Below, one piece after another: positions 1 to 13,734 of a stretch of 64,000 bases of DNA. Position 1 is the stretch's first letter, and each line of letters starts with the position of its first letter. The notes below the pieces were generated by a model that was not told the origin of the DNA, ran no database searches, and saw only the letters and a program-made list of their open reading frames with translations. Location of the stretch: assembly GCA_051362555.1 (NCBI GenBank), contig JBPQGU010000016.1, forward strand, positions 5,704,001 to 5,768,000, in the 5' to 3' direction. Both the position numbers and the translations under genes were made by a program. This DNA is from Lingula anatina (Eukaryota > Animalia > Brachiopoda).

Positions 1-61
1 ATGTTATCCTCATATGTGGAGTCTAGTCAACAAATATGTTTTATGGGACAAAGGACTTTTT

Positions 62-2986
62 TTATTGTACCACCAGCGTTAGCGCTGGCGGTACACATGG
101 TTTCGGTCCCGTCCGGATCGTTCCGCCGGCTCCGTTGGCTCCGCCGGCTCTGCTGGCTCCGCCGGACGGCTACCGTTACCGCTTCTCCTCCTAGACGGTA
201 AGGGCCCCCGTACCCATCTCATGGATATAGGTCACCTATAATCTCAACTCGTTCCACGTAAAATTTGGGCTTTGTCGGTATTGGGGTCTGGGTGTGGCAC
301 TCATTGCAATGCACCCTTGTCTAAAAATGGCAAAATTAAATGCTAATTATCTACCCTACGGAAGGAGTTATGGGAAAAATTTCTATAGACGGCTTTCCAA
401 AAGTCATATGTGTAGATTTCAAATATACCCTTGGATTTGACCTTTGACCTCTACTTCAAGGTTAAATGGGCCAAAATTTTCAAAAAAATGAAATTTTTTA
501 CGAAAAAAATTTTTTTTGCCCTGTTATTCAGACACCACACAGACTTAACCAATAATATTATTGGAAAGTGTTACCCTTCAGGTCATCTTTCATCTCCATG
601 AATTTGGGGTCAATCGGTGCATTTTCACGGGAGTAGCGGCCATAAGATACCAAAACTGAAAACTGTCTCTAATTCAGGAACCGTTAATGCTAGAGACCCA
701 TTCTTTTTTGCATTTTGTAGAGCATGTAAAGCCCAACACTGAATTTGGTCTCGGTTTTTTTGTATTCCATACGGTTTTCGAGTTACGCTGTATCAAAAAG
801 TACATATTGGTGGTAAAAGCAAAATGTGCAGTACGGTAATGGATAATAAATTTTGAACTCTGGAAAAATAAAACATAAGGCTTGGCAAAGCAGACAACTT
901 GTGTTCAAAAATGACATTATTTCATCAAATTTGAACTTCTGAAACTTTCAGAGCACCTCCTATTTCAAGAATTTTGACCAAAATGACATTTTCTTTATTT
1001 TAATTAATTTTTTCTGTACGAAATTTAAGGCACATTATGGTAACTCCAAAATTATAACATCTAGTCCCTTATATCTCCAAAACTGGCAGAGATAGGTCCA
1101 TAGTTACTATTGAAGTTGAATAGGAAGTCATATACTGGCAATCTTACTATGACCTTGAAATTGACCTTTGACCTACTTTTCACCATGAACTGAACTTTGC
1201 AAATTTTTCTTCCCTTTTATCTCCAAAACTGGCAGAGATAGGTCCATAGTTACTATTGAACTTGAATAGGAAGTCATATACTGGCAATCTAAATGTGACC
1301 TTAAAATTGACCTTTGACCTACTTTACACCATGAACTGAATTTTGCAAATTTTGCTTTCCTTTTATCTCCAAAACTGGCTGAGATAGGTCCGTAGTTACT
1401 ATTGAACTTGAATAGGAAGTCATATACTGGCAATCTAAATGTGACCTTAAAATTGACCTTTGACCTACTTTTCACCATAAACTGAACTTTGCAAATTTTG
1501 CTTCCCTTTTATCTCCAAAACTGGCAGAGATAGGTCCGTAGTTACTATTGAAGTTGAATAGGAAGTCATATACTGGCAATCTAAATGTGACCTTATAATT
1601 GACCTTTGACCTACTTTACACCATGAACTGAATTTTGCAAATTTTGCTTTCCTTTTATCTCCAAAACTGGCTGAGATAGGTCCGTAGTTACTATTGAACT
1701 TGAATAGGAAGTCATATACTGGCAATCTAAATGTGACCTTAAAATTGACCTTTGACCTACTTTACACCATAAACTGAACTTTGCAAATTTTGCTTCCCTT
1801 TTATCTCCAAAACTGGCAGAGATAGGTCCATAGTTACTATTGAACTTGAATAGGAAGTCATATACTGGCAATCTAAATGTGACCTTAAAATTGACCTTTG
1901 ACCTACTTTACACCATGAACTGAATTTTGCAAATTTTGCTTTCCTTTTATCTCCAAAACTGGCTGAGATAGGTCCGTAGTTACTATTGAACTTGAATAGG
2001 AAGTCATATACTGGCAATCTAAATGTGACCTTAAAATTGACCTTTGACCTACTTTTCACCATAAACTGAACTTTGCAAATTTTGCTTCCCTTTTATCTCC
2101 AAAACTGGCAGAGATAGGTCCATAGTTACTATTGAACTTGAATAGGAAGTCATATACTGGCAATCTAAATGTGACCTTGAAATTGACCTTTGACCTACTT
2201 TTCACCATGAACTGAACTTTGCAAACTTTTCTTCCCTTTTATCTCCAAAACTGGCTGAGATAGGTCCGTAGTTACTATTGAACTTGAATAGGAAGTCATA
2301 TACTGGCATTATAAATGTGACATTAAAATTCACCTTTGACCTACTTTACACCATGAACTGAATTTTGCAAATTTTGTTTTCCTTTTATCTCCAAAACTGG
2401 CTGAGATAGGTCCGTAGTTACTATTGAACTTGAATTGAAAGTCATATACTGGCAATCTAAATGTGACCTTAAAATTGACCTTTGACCTACGTTTTCACCA
2501 TGAACTGAATTTTGCAAATTTTGCTTCCCTTTTATCTCCAAAACTGGCTGAGATAGGTCCATAGTTACTATTGAAGTTGAATAGGAAGTCCTATACTGGC
2601 AATCTAAGTGTGACCTTGAAATTGACCTTTGACCTACTTTTTATCATGAACTGAACTCTGCTAATTTCTTTCTCTTTTAACTTCAAACTTGACAGAGATA
2701 GGTCCATAGTTACTCTTGAACTTGAATAGGAAGTCATATACTGGCAATTTACTGTGACCTTGAAATTGACCCTTGACCTACCTTACGAAGAACTTAAATT
2801 TGATTGTACCATATATATTTTTTGCAATAGTTTAAAAATTCTTGTTGATTGCATTTTTACAGCTTGTCAAGCACAAAACTGGTGGCTGTGTCCCTTATTT
2901 TGTGTATGTGGGGGTCTATACGAATGCGTTTCCTCCAGCTGGTGGTACAATATTTGGAGGCGGTATCGCCTCTCTGATCCTCTAGT
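62..2986 (+). mobile_element. Non-autonomous Helentron/DINE-1-like (HINE) element, copy 1, with internal tandem array
   Basis: 5' subTIR TTATTGTACCACCAGC (62-77) is followed by its own partial inverted repeat (GCTGGCGGTACA) and a CCGCCGGCT microsatellite. 3' subTIR GCTGGTGGTACAATA (2938-2952), stem-loop GAGGCG-GTAT-CGCCTC (2957-2972), terminal CTAG (2982-2985) in a T run; no TSD. Second homologous copy at 37559-40150. Confidence 0.85.
1066..2782. repeat. 146-bp tandem array (about 12 units) inside the Helentron-like element
   Basis: ATCTCCAAAACTGG recurs at about 1073, 1219, 1365, 1511, 1657, 1803, 1949, 2095, 2241, 2387, 2534 and, diverged, at about 2680. Confidence 0.95.
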
Positions 2987-5900
2987 TTCATTTTATTATC
3001 ATAATATATTTATTTTAATTTGATATTAGAAATTCTGGGTTGGTTCTGTCAGCATTGTCAACAGTGTTCATAGAAAGCAAGCAGCTTTTTTATAAAAAGT
3101 GACAATGTAGAACAATTGATGTACAAGTTAGGTATTATCTGCATGATTTTTATTCCTATCCCTGACACTAATTCAAATCTTGAAAGATCCACCTAAAAAC
3201 ATTTACATAATTAAGAATGGCAGGTTTTACACTCTCCTGATGATGACAATGTAGAAAGGGTATGGTATTTCTGACAAAATGATGGCCTGATTTCCATTTT
3301 TAGATAATTAATTCAGCTGTAAGGTATTTAATATACCATAAGAAATGGGCTGCTGCCATAAAAATGAAAATGATGTTAGAACAGCTAGTTTAGCCTAAAA
3401 AATCAGCTGGATGTCAACGGCTCGGTGGTCTGACATTAGTATCTGCTTGGTTAAGACTAAATGGATGTAGATCAAGAAAGGTCATTGTAAGACAGGTGTC
3501 TAAGGACTTGTTAGCGCTTAATGAGGCCTACTTTCTTGTGTTTAGTGGAACATACCCCATGTTGCCTTCATGGCCAGCTCTCCAGAGCTCAGGTCTTTTG
3601 TCATGATATTGATTTCAAGATTTATTGGAAGACCTACAAAGGAGGGCATCATTAAGGAACTTGGTTATATAGAATTTATTGTATTATTGAATATAGACAC
3701 TGTTGTAAATATCAGTATATGTTTTGATCACTTTGTCTGCTTGTGTGACTACTGTTGCTGTGTGACACGTCTGTTCTTTATTTTATGACTGCTAGACTAT
3801 TTTTTTTTATTTCAAATTTCAGAATTGCGTTTGTTTGTGGAAAAGAAAATAAAGGCTTATTTTGAAAATCATGATCAGATTATGAAATTAACTTATTTGA
3901 TTTTTTTTTTACATTTTGATTGACTTTCATTTTTTTTACTTCCAATTAGTATGCAAGCTTAGAAGCTACCAGTAAATATAGCTAAATGGTAAAAAACTAG
4001 ATCAAGTTTGAAAATCAGCATAATCATTTTTTAAAGAAGTTTTAAGATACATATTTTAAATATTTAAATATTTAACTGCCAAGAAGTATTTTTGATTTAC
4101 TTTGAAGTCATGGAGAGGCTTTATTTGGTGAAAAGGGGAGTTTTAAAATTTGGCTCAATCGAGTGATTTTTAACCTTTTGTGTATTTATATTTCACTGTA
4201 TCTTCATATACACTGTACTTGATGGAATTTTTTAAACAATGTAGCATGTCATCTTAATATAAGTCTCTAATCAGCAATATACGTGTACTTTTTAAGACAG
4301 TTCAGTAGAATCTCTCTCTCTCTCTTATTTTCATTCATCATTTGATAACAACTGAAATTATCTTTCTGATATTTGTTCAGAAAACCACAGGAGAATGTGA
4401 GAAAGGAAATTGTAGAGACCGGGAGAAGATGTTCTGGGATAATTTGATGATTTTCTGAAATGGCATTTGTAAATTTGTGGTATTTGGAGGCATGTCTGTG
4501 TCCATCATCTCATAACTGATAAACTACATGTCCTTTTCAGTTGAAATTTATCTGATGTTGAGATGAAGATTTCTGAGAATTTAAAAACTCCTCCGTCATC
4601 CAACTTGCCTATAGACGTCATTTGTTCTTTCCTTTGGATTTCTTAGGTTTCTTGTAATGTCTGTATATTTCACTCCCTGATGTGTAGCTTTTTTCGTAAT
4701 CATACTGCCAGCAAATCGGCCTGCAGTAATCATTCGATTCTATTTTTGTCATCTTTTATTAGGCAATCCAGCTTTTATTCTTGCTCATTGTTGTGCTGCT
4801 TGCTGCATTGCTTTGCACTCTCATTGACTGAAGTTGTTTTTAGGGTTTGTTTGTTACTACTTTATTTCTGCCATTGTCACACATGACTGTCTTGATTCTT
4901 AATTCATTAGATGCTACTGAAATTTTATTTGGTTAATTGTCATTCTATCATGTTGTAAGCACTTGTTTCCGCTCTGATAAGATAGTGAGTAGGACTGAGA
5001 AACTGATGCTATTTATGTTTCTTATGGACTGCTTCTTGTTCTGGTGTTTCCAAATTAGTTTTATTCTTTGACAGTTATTGATTCACATCAGCCCGTTTTC
5101 GCAAAGATATTAATGGTAAAAAATTCGCTGATGACATTGAAAGCATCTAACCCATGAGAGAAATGCAGTTACTGTATTTTTTTATACCTTTATCAAAATG
5201 TGAAAAGAGCACAAATATCCTAGAGCTGTTCCTGGGAGGTGATTCTAATTTTTCTACAAATTACTTTTCCATCCATAATTTTAAATAGCCATGCATCCTA
5301 AATACAGATTTATTATGTAGTTATATGAAGTGAGTATCAATAGTTAACACCTAGGGCCTATCCAAAAAACTAGAGTAAAGACCCAGGTAGCTTTATAGGC
5401 CCCATTCAGAATAGATGATCTGAGTACTACCCGTAACTGATCTGCTGACTTAGTATGGCCAACCATAGGGTGAATGATATGACAAGTATTAGTATTATCA
5501 AGTATGCTTTACAGTTTATAAGGAACAACAATTACAGTTACAGTAACAAGACCCTAAAATTCCTGGGGTTGGCGGGATGAATACCTAGGGGAATGCGATG
5601 AAGTGACGAAATCTGTGTGCATGCCTGTGTATGAAAAAAGGGTTGGAACAGACCTTGCCAATAGACCCCATGCTGCATTTATTGACTGTAATATTTCAGA
5701 ACCACTTATAAGCAGTCAAATTGCTTCATCTCTCCCACTGTTGAAGGGATTTCAAAGACCAAACTTAATTCCTCCGTTGAATTCTTAATGCATATTTTAG
5801 CATTTTCCATAAGTGCCCAAATACCCCCAGATAAATTACTATGCATGAAAGTACAATACTTGTTGTTTTAAATGTGTTTCTTTTTTTTCAGAAACTGTTC

Positions 5901-8680
5901 AAGGTGCTGCCAGCTTATGCATTTTATATTAAGAATACTAAGGATGTCTTAATTTAAAGCAGTTTAAGGTAAAAACAGGTATCTAGGAAACTGGTAGCAC
6001 AACAAAATATTAAATGATTATAAATTGAACATTGAACCTTGTTATATATAAGTTTTCAGTGTATATTGATGTGTCTACACATTGTATAAAACAAAAAAAA
6101 ATATTATGCTGGCATTTGTCTGTTGTATAATACACTACTGAATAAAGTGCCATTTGATCTACACAATGAGGCGTTCAGTGTATTTCAAATAGGTTGCCTT
6201 CATGCTATGCAGATTTTTTGCAGTCATTTAAAAGCTAGCTACCAGTACATATAGCTACAAGCTGTTTAGTCCTGGGCTACATGTAAAATTGTTGTTAACA
6301 TGCTATAAATTGATTCAGTGTTTTCTGAACAGATTTGATACACGTCTACTGCTGCAGTGCCAGGTGTTCCAGGATTTGTCTTTTTTGGTCCACAAAATAA
6401 AACTGCATGGTTTTGAATTTATTCTATATTTATTTTTGCACAGTTTGAAGTCTAACATAATGTTCCTTGTGAATGTGTGAATTCTAAGTTGAGGAGTTCT
6501 ATCATTTAGACAGATGTGTTTTATCAATCTAGTAACCCAACACAGAAATTTGCATGGAAGCTATTTAGTAGACAAATTCAGTAATTTTCCCATATGTTTG
6601 ATTCCCAACCAAAGTTTACAGAATAGCTGATCAATCAGTTAACAGACATAAAAAAACTACCTACCTTTGTTGCAATTCATTAAAAGCACAATCTCTTGAG
6701 TCAGTGTGTGTCTTCTGATGGTTTCCCAGTCATGAAGGCCATCTCTGACTTGTATCTATGGTCAGAATTTTAATTAATATATTATCGACTTATAGTCCCA
6801 AGTCATATGTTCTAAGTTAACAGTATTTCTGTTGAACACTGATCAGCTTGGATGCTCTGACAAAGCAATTGTATCCGCAGACACAAGCGTGCAGTATCTC
6901 TTATATACCTCAGATACACCTTTCATGTAGACTGGAAGCCAAGTGGCAGAGAGGCTGCATTTAATATAAAAGTTACACACGACTGTAGGACAGACTTTAT
7001 TTGCAGTCCCTTTTGTTTTGGTCACAATTGATTTTGTTTACATATTTTCTTTAAGCTGTAAGCTATCAGTTATTACAATGGGTCGCACTTACAGTATGAC
7101 TATTGGAGATTGATAATCATTGGGTTAACTACCCCATTTTATGTTCCTAGCTAATTTCAATATTGATTAATGATTGGAAGGGGGCTGTTAACTTTTAGAA
7201 GGGAATCCTCTTTATTTTGCTTATTAGCCTCTTAATTCTCATTTTATGGAGCCACAGTAGTGAGGAGACATAAAACACAATGGTGTCTATACATTTGTCT
7301 GTCCGAGAAACCAGAGCTGGATATAGATTTCTTGTGTGCAATTAATGTTGCCATTTTGCTTTAAACTCACAGGAATTACTCATTTTTTCTGATTGCATGT
7401 CAACTTTGAAAAGAAGCATAATCTGTTGTATCCTGCCAGAGTTCCTTGTGGGCCTAAATTGCAGGTCAAGTTTAAAGTTAGGCATGATCTAGTGATTACT
7501 AACATTTTATTAGAGATAATGAGAAATTAAATCCAGTACTGGATCTTACGTTGAAATGGAGAGCACAACATTTTCACCTTCTCGCATCAAAGCCTTCTTC
7601 AGGTGAACAGATTAAGAGTGGTCACCAGTGTCACATGATGACATTCTGTGTGTTATGTCACAATTTCATGCAGAAAATCATTCTTTTTGTCTTGTTGCCT
7701 TTTACAGGAAAACTCCAATTGATCAACTGGAAATGTCTGGGGCATCATCCAAAATTGGTTGATGGTACAACATGATGCCTCATGTTAGACAACAAAATGA
7801 AAGTGACACTCAAACCATGGTAGTGTTGTGCATTGACTGCAATTTGACAGAATTTTAAAAAATAGTCAAAAAATAAAAATACACTTGGATTAATGCCATC
7901 GGCTTTTTATTAAATTTCAACACTAGTCTGCTGTTATTTCTGAACCCACTCTCCTCCAGATTACATGATTCATCCTGCTTGAATTTTGGGATCAGATGGT
8001 TCACAGTATTAATAAACATGAAATTAAAAAAAGAAAAAACGCACGCTTATTCAATTAATTATTGAACTTCCAGCAAGTGCCTGAAGCATGGGATTTACAT
8101 ATAGCTTAACATTATGTAATGGTTAAAGTTGGTGTCCCTAATGGAATTATGTGAGTCAGAGCAAATGGTTCTAGCTTAAAATTGTTGTAAGTTAAATTAT
8201 TTATTATCTGATCATCAAGTTTGTCTTTTATCCTCCTCATGTTTGCATATGCTCAGTCTTTGGCTACATGTGTAAATGGAAGGAATCGATCTTTTGGAGA
8301 AATTGTGAAAGGGAATACCCCCCCCCCCCCCCACCCCCCCGCCTCCCCTTGTAGCATTCTTCCATGTTGGGACTTCTCACAGTGAGTCGTTCAGTGAAGT
8401 CAGCTGTATCAATTAAGTGTTCCCCTTAAATGAAAGAGGCACATGGTTGAGATATAAGAAAGATTGAAAGAAGACATTTTAGTAGAGTTTTACTGTTACA
8501 TGTATCAAAAAACTTATCTTAATTATTTCCTACACATCTAATTATTGCTTTATAACAAACCATCAACCACAGTCTGGGTATATTTGATTCATTCCAGATC
8601 ATTTGTCTCCCCATGCCTCATTGTCTTCAACATTGGGTGAATCTGCGGGAAAGATTGAGGTTTCCAAAATGGTCAGTTAA

Positions 8681-10806
8681 GGTGGGGATGTAGGTTTGAG
8701 ATTTTCTCTTAAAATAAGGGTCTTGGCTTTTTTATTCCTGTCACATTCATTTAATGTATCTTCAAGATATCTAATTATGCTTGGAACACAGCTCTAACTT
8801 CATCGTGTGACGTAATATTGGGATTTTGGGGACAAAAACACCATTTTTCTACACCTGATTTTCTCAGGCACCTGGACAGCTATAAACTTGCTTTTGATGG
8901 CATTATAACACTTGAACAAAGTACTGCAGCATGGAGTCAGGGATTTTTCCTCAGACACTTATTGTTGATTTTATCTATAAAAACGTGAAATTACATCAAA
9001 ATATTAGGGAATTTTCACTTTCAAAGTCTATAAATGAGAAAAGAGAGGATCAATCAAAATTTCTTAAAAAGCACTTTTAATGCATACTTTTCATAATTAG
9101 CATGGCGAATTTGGTCTCCCTCAGGTGTACAGGTAGACAGTTATAGCTTGCTAAGATAACGCTATCTCGTCAATATTGAAAGCAAAGAAAACGAGCAAAA
9201 ACCCTTTCAGGGAGGTTAATTGTCCAAATAAGCAAATTAAATTGTTGACAGCTTTACCTGTTATCGTTCTGACGATCGCGAAGATTGGTACTCTATTGCC
9301 GGTTGAAATTAGCTTGTTTGCATACATTTGGATGTCAGAAAATCTTATTTTTGTATCAATCTCACCTCCTGTTAGTAACTTCAAGGGGTTACCGCTAGCA
9401 CTGCCAGAATGATTGACAGGCAATCAAGTAAGCCCTAATGACTCAAGCAATCAGTGGCCACGTCAATTGCCGTCGGGGAAAGTGTTAGGGATGCGCTCTA
9501 GGATGTGCACACAATAGCAGCATCGCAGGCGGTCTTGTCCACATTCGCCAAGCGAAAAATGGTTCGAAAACACGGTCGTGTTACAGGACGCCGATCGAAC
9601 CATCAACAACAAGAAATAGACGCAACCAAAAAGGTTTTGTTAGAGGAAATGTCTAAAGTTGGGTGAGCCAGGAAAAATTCTGCGATAATTGTTGAAGAAA
9701 AAAGCTGGGTCAATTCCGTTTCAAAATTCTTTGACGCTTTGCAGGAAAAATCATTCCTTTGTTTCTCTAGCTCCTTAGAAAACCTGGTGTCCAGATTTTA
9801 TCTAGTGCCCTCAGGGTTGTGGGAGCTGCTCTTTGAAAATAACACTCAGGTAGATTTTTACCTGAGCTAAATATCGCCAGCAAGGCTTCAGGAGAGTTGT
9901 GGGCCACTGAACCCTCCAATTAAGAGGTAAAGGAAGTTCCAGTTAGATGGACGATTAAGATAAAACTTGTCAAGGTTTCAGGCATTGTTTACCTCAGTTC
10001 AATAAAAGTATGCAAGACGGGGGGGAGGGGGGTGTCAGAATAATTGTGCCTATACAATTGATACAGAGGATTTGTTCCTACAGGTGACTTTAATAAGCAG
10101 AGGATTTCTTTATATTCCGTGAAAAATACACTAAATTTATATGAAATAATACCATGGTTGGCCTAAAAATTGTACGCACAGTGCATCCGTGCGTATGCCT
10201 AGTTACGCCCATGTTAAGATTTTTAAAATCTAACAACTGCATCGAGCTGTTGTCGAAAATGGATAGAAAGTATGACGATTGTTGTCACGGGTAGCAAACA
10301 ACGGAATTTTATTCTTTTTTTTTGCGTATCTCAAAAAGTTAACAAGAAAATCGAAAGAGCGCGTGTAACAACAAGCAATATTCAAGGGAGAACGCGTATT
10401 TCGAGCAAATCCAATGTGTCGGAAAAGATTCATCTTAGCGCTGATCACAATCAAGAGCGACTATCAAAATAGCTTAAGCGGAACAATAGGCACTGCTTTG
10501 CCAAGCGCTGTTTATGACAAAGGGGGCATGGCGCATCCCTGTTCTATTGTTTCCCTAGACGTGCTGATGCTGCTAAGGTCCGCCCACCGAGTTTACCCAT
10601 GCCAACGGCCCTTGACAACGAAGGCGGGGCATAGACCAGGCCACTGGTGCCGATGTGTGCAGCATCAGAATCCTCAGAAAAAACATATTTTTTGTTCAAA
10701 ATGTAAAAATTTTATTCTGTTAAACGTTAGATACACATTTAACCAATAATTAGACATAAAAAACCAAAAATGACGATTTTTAGCTATATTTGGGTACATC
10801 CGTACC
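8681..10806. mobile_element. Kolobok-like non-autonomous DNA transposon (about 2.1 kb)
   Basis: TTAA on both sides (8677-8680, 10807-10810); imperfect TIRs GGTGGGGATGTA / TACATCCGTACC; GG termini with TTAA TSD fit Kolobok; interior visibly richer in CpG than the flanks. Confidence 0.65.
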
Positions 10807-12656
10807 TTAAGTCATCTGGAAGTGGGACAGCAGTCATTGCCAGGTATGCATGGATTTCTGAAAGTCAGTAACAGTTTGTTACAATGAGATGGTAAACATT
10901 GCTTGCAAATATTTTGTCTGAATCATTCATTTGGTTACACTATCTTACATCTTTTTTAAAAAAAGACCTGTGCTTGCAGTGTAGGTCAGTATTATTCTAT
11001 TTATTTATTCTATTTATTTATTTATCATTATTGTTACTGTATAGCATAATTTCCAAACTTTGGTTCTACTGAATATGTGAATAATTCCTCTCCTTTTTTA
11101 GTTAAAAGTACTACTACTGATTATCTGTACTTTTCCTATCATTTACTTCAATTCTCTGGATACTTTATAATAAGCATCCATGACCTAGCTGGAGAACCAG
11201 TTGGCGTAAATGAAGTATAGATACTTTATGGCACTTTATCTTATTCCAATCAAATTAGTTATGGAAGCCAATATAGTCAATTCAGGTTATGGTCGGTCAG
11301 ATACACACTTTCTCATTTTGTTTGCAAAGTCAGTTATGCAATAAAGCTGTAGTTAGGAAAAACCCTAGACTCTTGATTTAATTAAATCAACTAGATTGAC
11401 AGTTTTCTCATAAAGGGAATGGGGTTATATAATCAAGCTAATGTAGTGTAAAGAATAGCAATGGTTGGCAACCTTCAGTTATATGAGGGGACTTTCACTA
11501 AACATTTCAGGTCTTCCCTTGGCTGTCATGTGAATTATCTGTAAATTTGCATGGAGTAATTTTACCATGCAAATGATTTTTTAAAAATTCGTCAAAATTT
11601 TTTGTCAAAACTTTTTACAGTGCTCTTGTAAATTTGTGGCATCAAAATTTTCTTGGAAACTACTTGAAACTGGATTGACTGCAAACATTTTTCTTTCATA
11701 TTTTGTAAATTAAAATTGCAGTATGATATAATGCCATAACTTTCATTAACATGTAGAATTGTGATAATGAAACTTTGAAATGTCTTCAATGGATTCTTCC
11801 TTATCCTACAACTACATGTATAACACACACATTTGCTTGTTGCAAAATTTGAAAAAAAACTGCTACAATGTATAGTGACAGGCTTCGGAAAACATAAATC
11901 AAATAGGTACAAATACAATACTAGTAATTAAAGAAAAAGTATAAGCGAGGTACAGGGTTTTTTAAAGAAGTAATTAACATAAATAAGTAGTTAAAGTAGT
12001 TAAATTCTCTGTAGGAATTGGTGTAAGCAATAACTGCTAGACAGTATATAAAAACATATTAATTGATATATGGACAGTATAAGTACTCTTCACCAGACGT
12101 TTTTCTACCTGTTACAAATTGTATGAAAGACCCCTGCCAAATTTAAGATGATCAGGTGGAAGATGTTTCTCCCCACACGTTCCATTTGTTGATGCCATTT
12201 TCACACCTGGGTGTGGAGTAGTGCATATCCCTGTCCATGTTTTGTTATGTAATGTAAGTCTAGCAAAAATGGAAGGCAATGACTGGTCATGTGGAGAGGG
12301 GTCCTGTTCAAGACGCAGAAATTAATGGCGGCTGGCGCTAACAATGTTGCTTAATTTGCATTTGGATGAGCTTTTGCCAAAAAGGGTGCTATGAATTAAT
12401 CAAGAAGAGTTATAGCCACGGTGAAAGCTCAGAACCACAGAAACCATTAGCCAGATGTGGATTTTGGAAACTATGTAACTCACTTATGGCCACATGTCAG
12501 TATTCTTGTTCCACCAGGATTAGTTCAACCCCCTCAGTTTTAAAGTGCTGAAATATAATTATGTTGGAATACTCCTCCATTACTCTTTAAAGGGGAATAG
12601 CATGGGTGTGTTGAGCTTTGTATCTTCTTGTTTCTGAAACTCAGTGTGGTGTTTAT

Positions 12657-12876
12657 GAGACCATTCCCATGGATATTTAGATTGATCTATCCCCCTGGGG
12701 AGTCTCACTAGATTGCTGTCATCTTGACCGGCTTATCTGTCCCGCCCACTAGAAGCTGTAAGGGGTAATTAACTTTTGTGCCACTCGGCTTCCAGAAGCT
12801 GACAGCAATTTAGCGTGAACCCCCAGGGAGTTAGGTCGATCCAGATGGATCGATCTACATCTGTGGGAACCCAGTC
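12657..12876 (+). mobile_element. Tourist-like (PIF/Harbinger) MITE, family A, diverged copy
   Basis: Homologous to 13735, 16759, 27135 and 31506 (CTCACTAGATT..GGGGTAATTAACTTT..GCTGACAGC..CCCCAGGGAGTTAGGTCGATC); TAT on both sides. Confidence 0.75.
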
Positions 12877-13480
12877 TATGTCACTGTGAAAATCTTTGAG
12901 ATTTACCGTTTTCTACAGATTGTGTTATTAAGTAAAAATAACAATAAATTTGAGGCAGCTTTTGCTAAACCATCACCCACAAAAGGATTTTTGAACAAGT
13001 GAAACTCATTATGTGCTATGTATTTCATCATATCGAGTATTTAATTCATATGGTATGGAAATTCTATTACTTTGATAGAACCTGAACATGTGTTTTTGTA
13101 TTTTTGTGTCTGAAGTTAAATTCAGAGTGTGCAAAGTATACAAGTAAGGCCTATACAGTTACATGTATTTTCTGTCCAAGGCCCATGTAGTACGTGTCAA
13201 CTGCTTGTGCATGGATGGTAATTTTCTGTGCAAGAAGTCGAGCCACAAATGGATTGTCACATGTCTTATGGATAGGCTCTACTGTGTTAAAGTACCTCAC
13301 ATTATCACATCCTACTTCAGTAAAGGCGAGATAACCCTTGTCTCCTCTTAAGACAATTAAGTCTCCAGGTCTACAGGGACACAATACATGTTGCCAATAG
13401 TTACTGATCTCATTTTTCTTCAAGAGGCTATTAAGTCACTATGCCAGTTCACAGTGTGGGCATGTACTAGTATATACTAT

Positions 13481-13731
13481 GACCCACCTCATACCTAGAT
13501 AGAACTAGCAGGATCGACCCATCTCCAAGGGGATTTTCACTAAATTGCATTCAGATTAAGCACCTTATATGTTTGGCATGCCTACTGAAGCTGCTAAACT
13601 ATAGGTAATTACCCCCTAACAGCTTCAGTATATGCACATATCAGAGCCACTTATGCTAAATGTAATTTAGTGAGAAATCCCTCTGAGGTGGGTCAATCCT
13701 CCTAGGTTGATCTAGGTATAGGAATGGGGTC
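13481..13731. mobile_element. Tourist-like MITE, family B
   Basis: Inverted ends GACCCACCTCATACCTAGAT / ATCTAGGTATAGGAATGGGGTC; TAT at 13478-13480 and 13732-13734; related decayed copy at about 33250-33500. Confidence 0.7.
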
Positions 13732-13734
13732 TAT

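Noticed and set aside
1-201. Arg-rich ORF (and ORFs 37414-37749, 37503-37745)
   Set aside because: They run across the element's 5' junction and the CCGCCGGCT microsatellite.
1173-2562. Repeated minus-strand ORFs (MVKSRSKVNFKVTFRL...), also at 38669-38905
   Set aside because: By-products of the 146-bp array; the unit is not a multiple of 3 and no domain is recognisable.
1066-2782. CRISPR-like regular repetition
   Set aside because: Head-to-tail units without unique spacers, no cas genes, eukaryotic context.
10197-10213. CTAGTTACGCCCATG, resembling the right end of a fourth 168-bp-type element
   Set aside because: No matching left TIR or TSD found.
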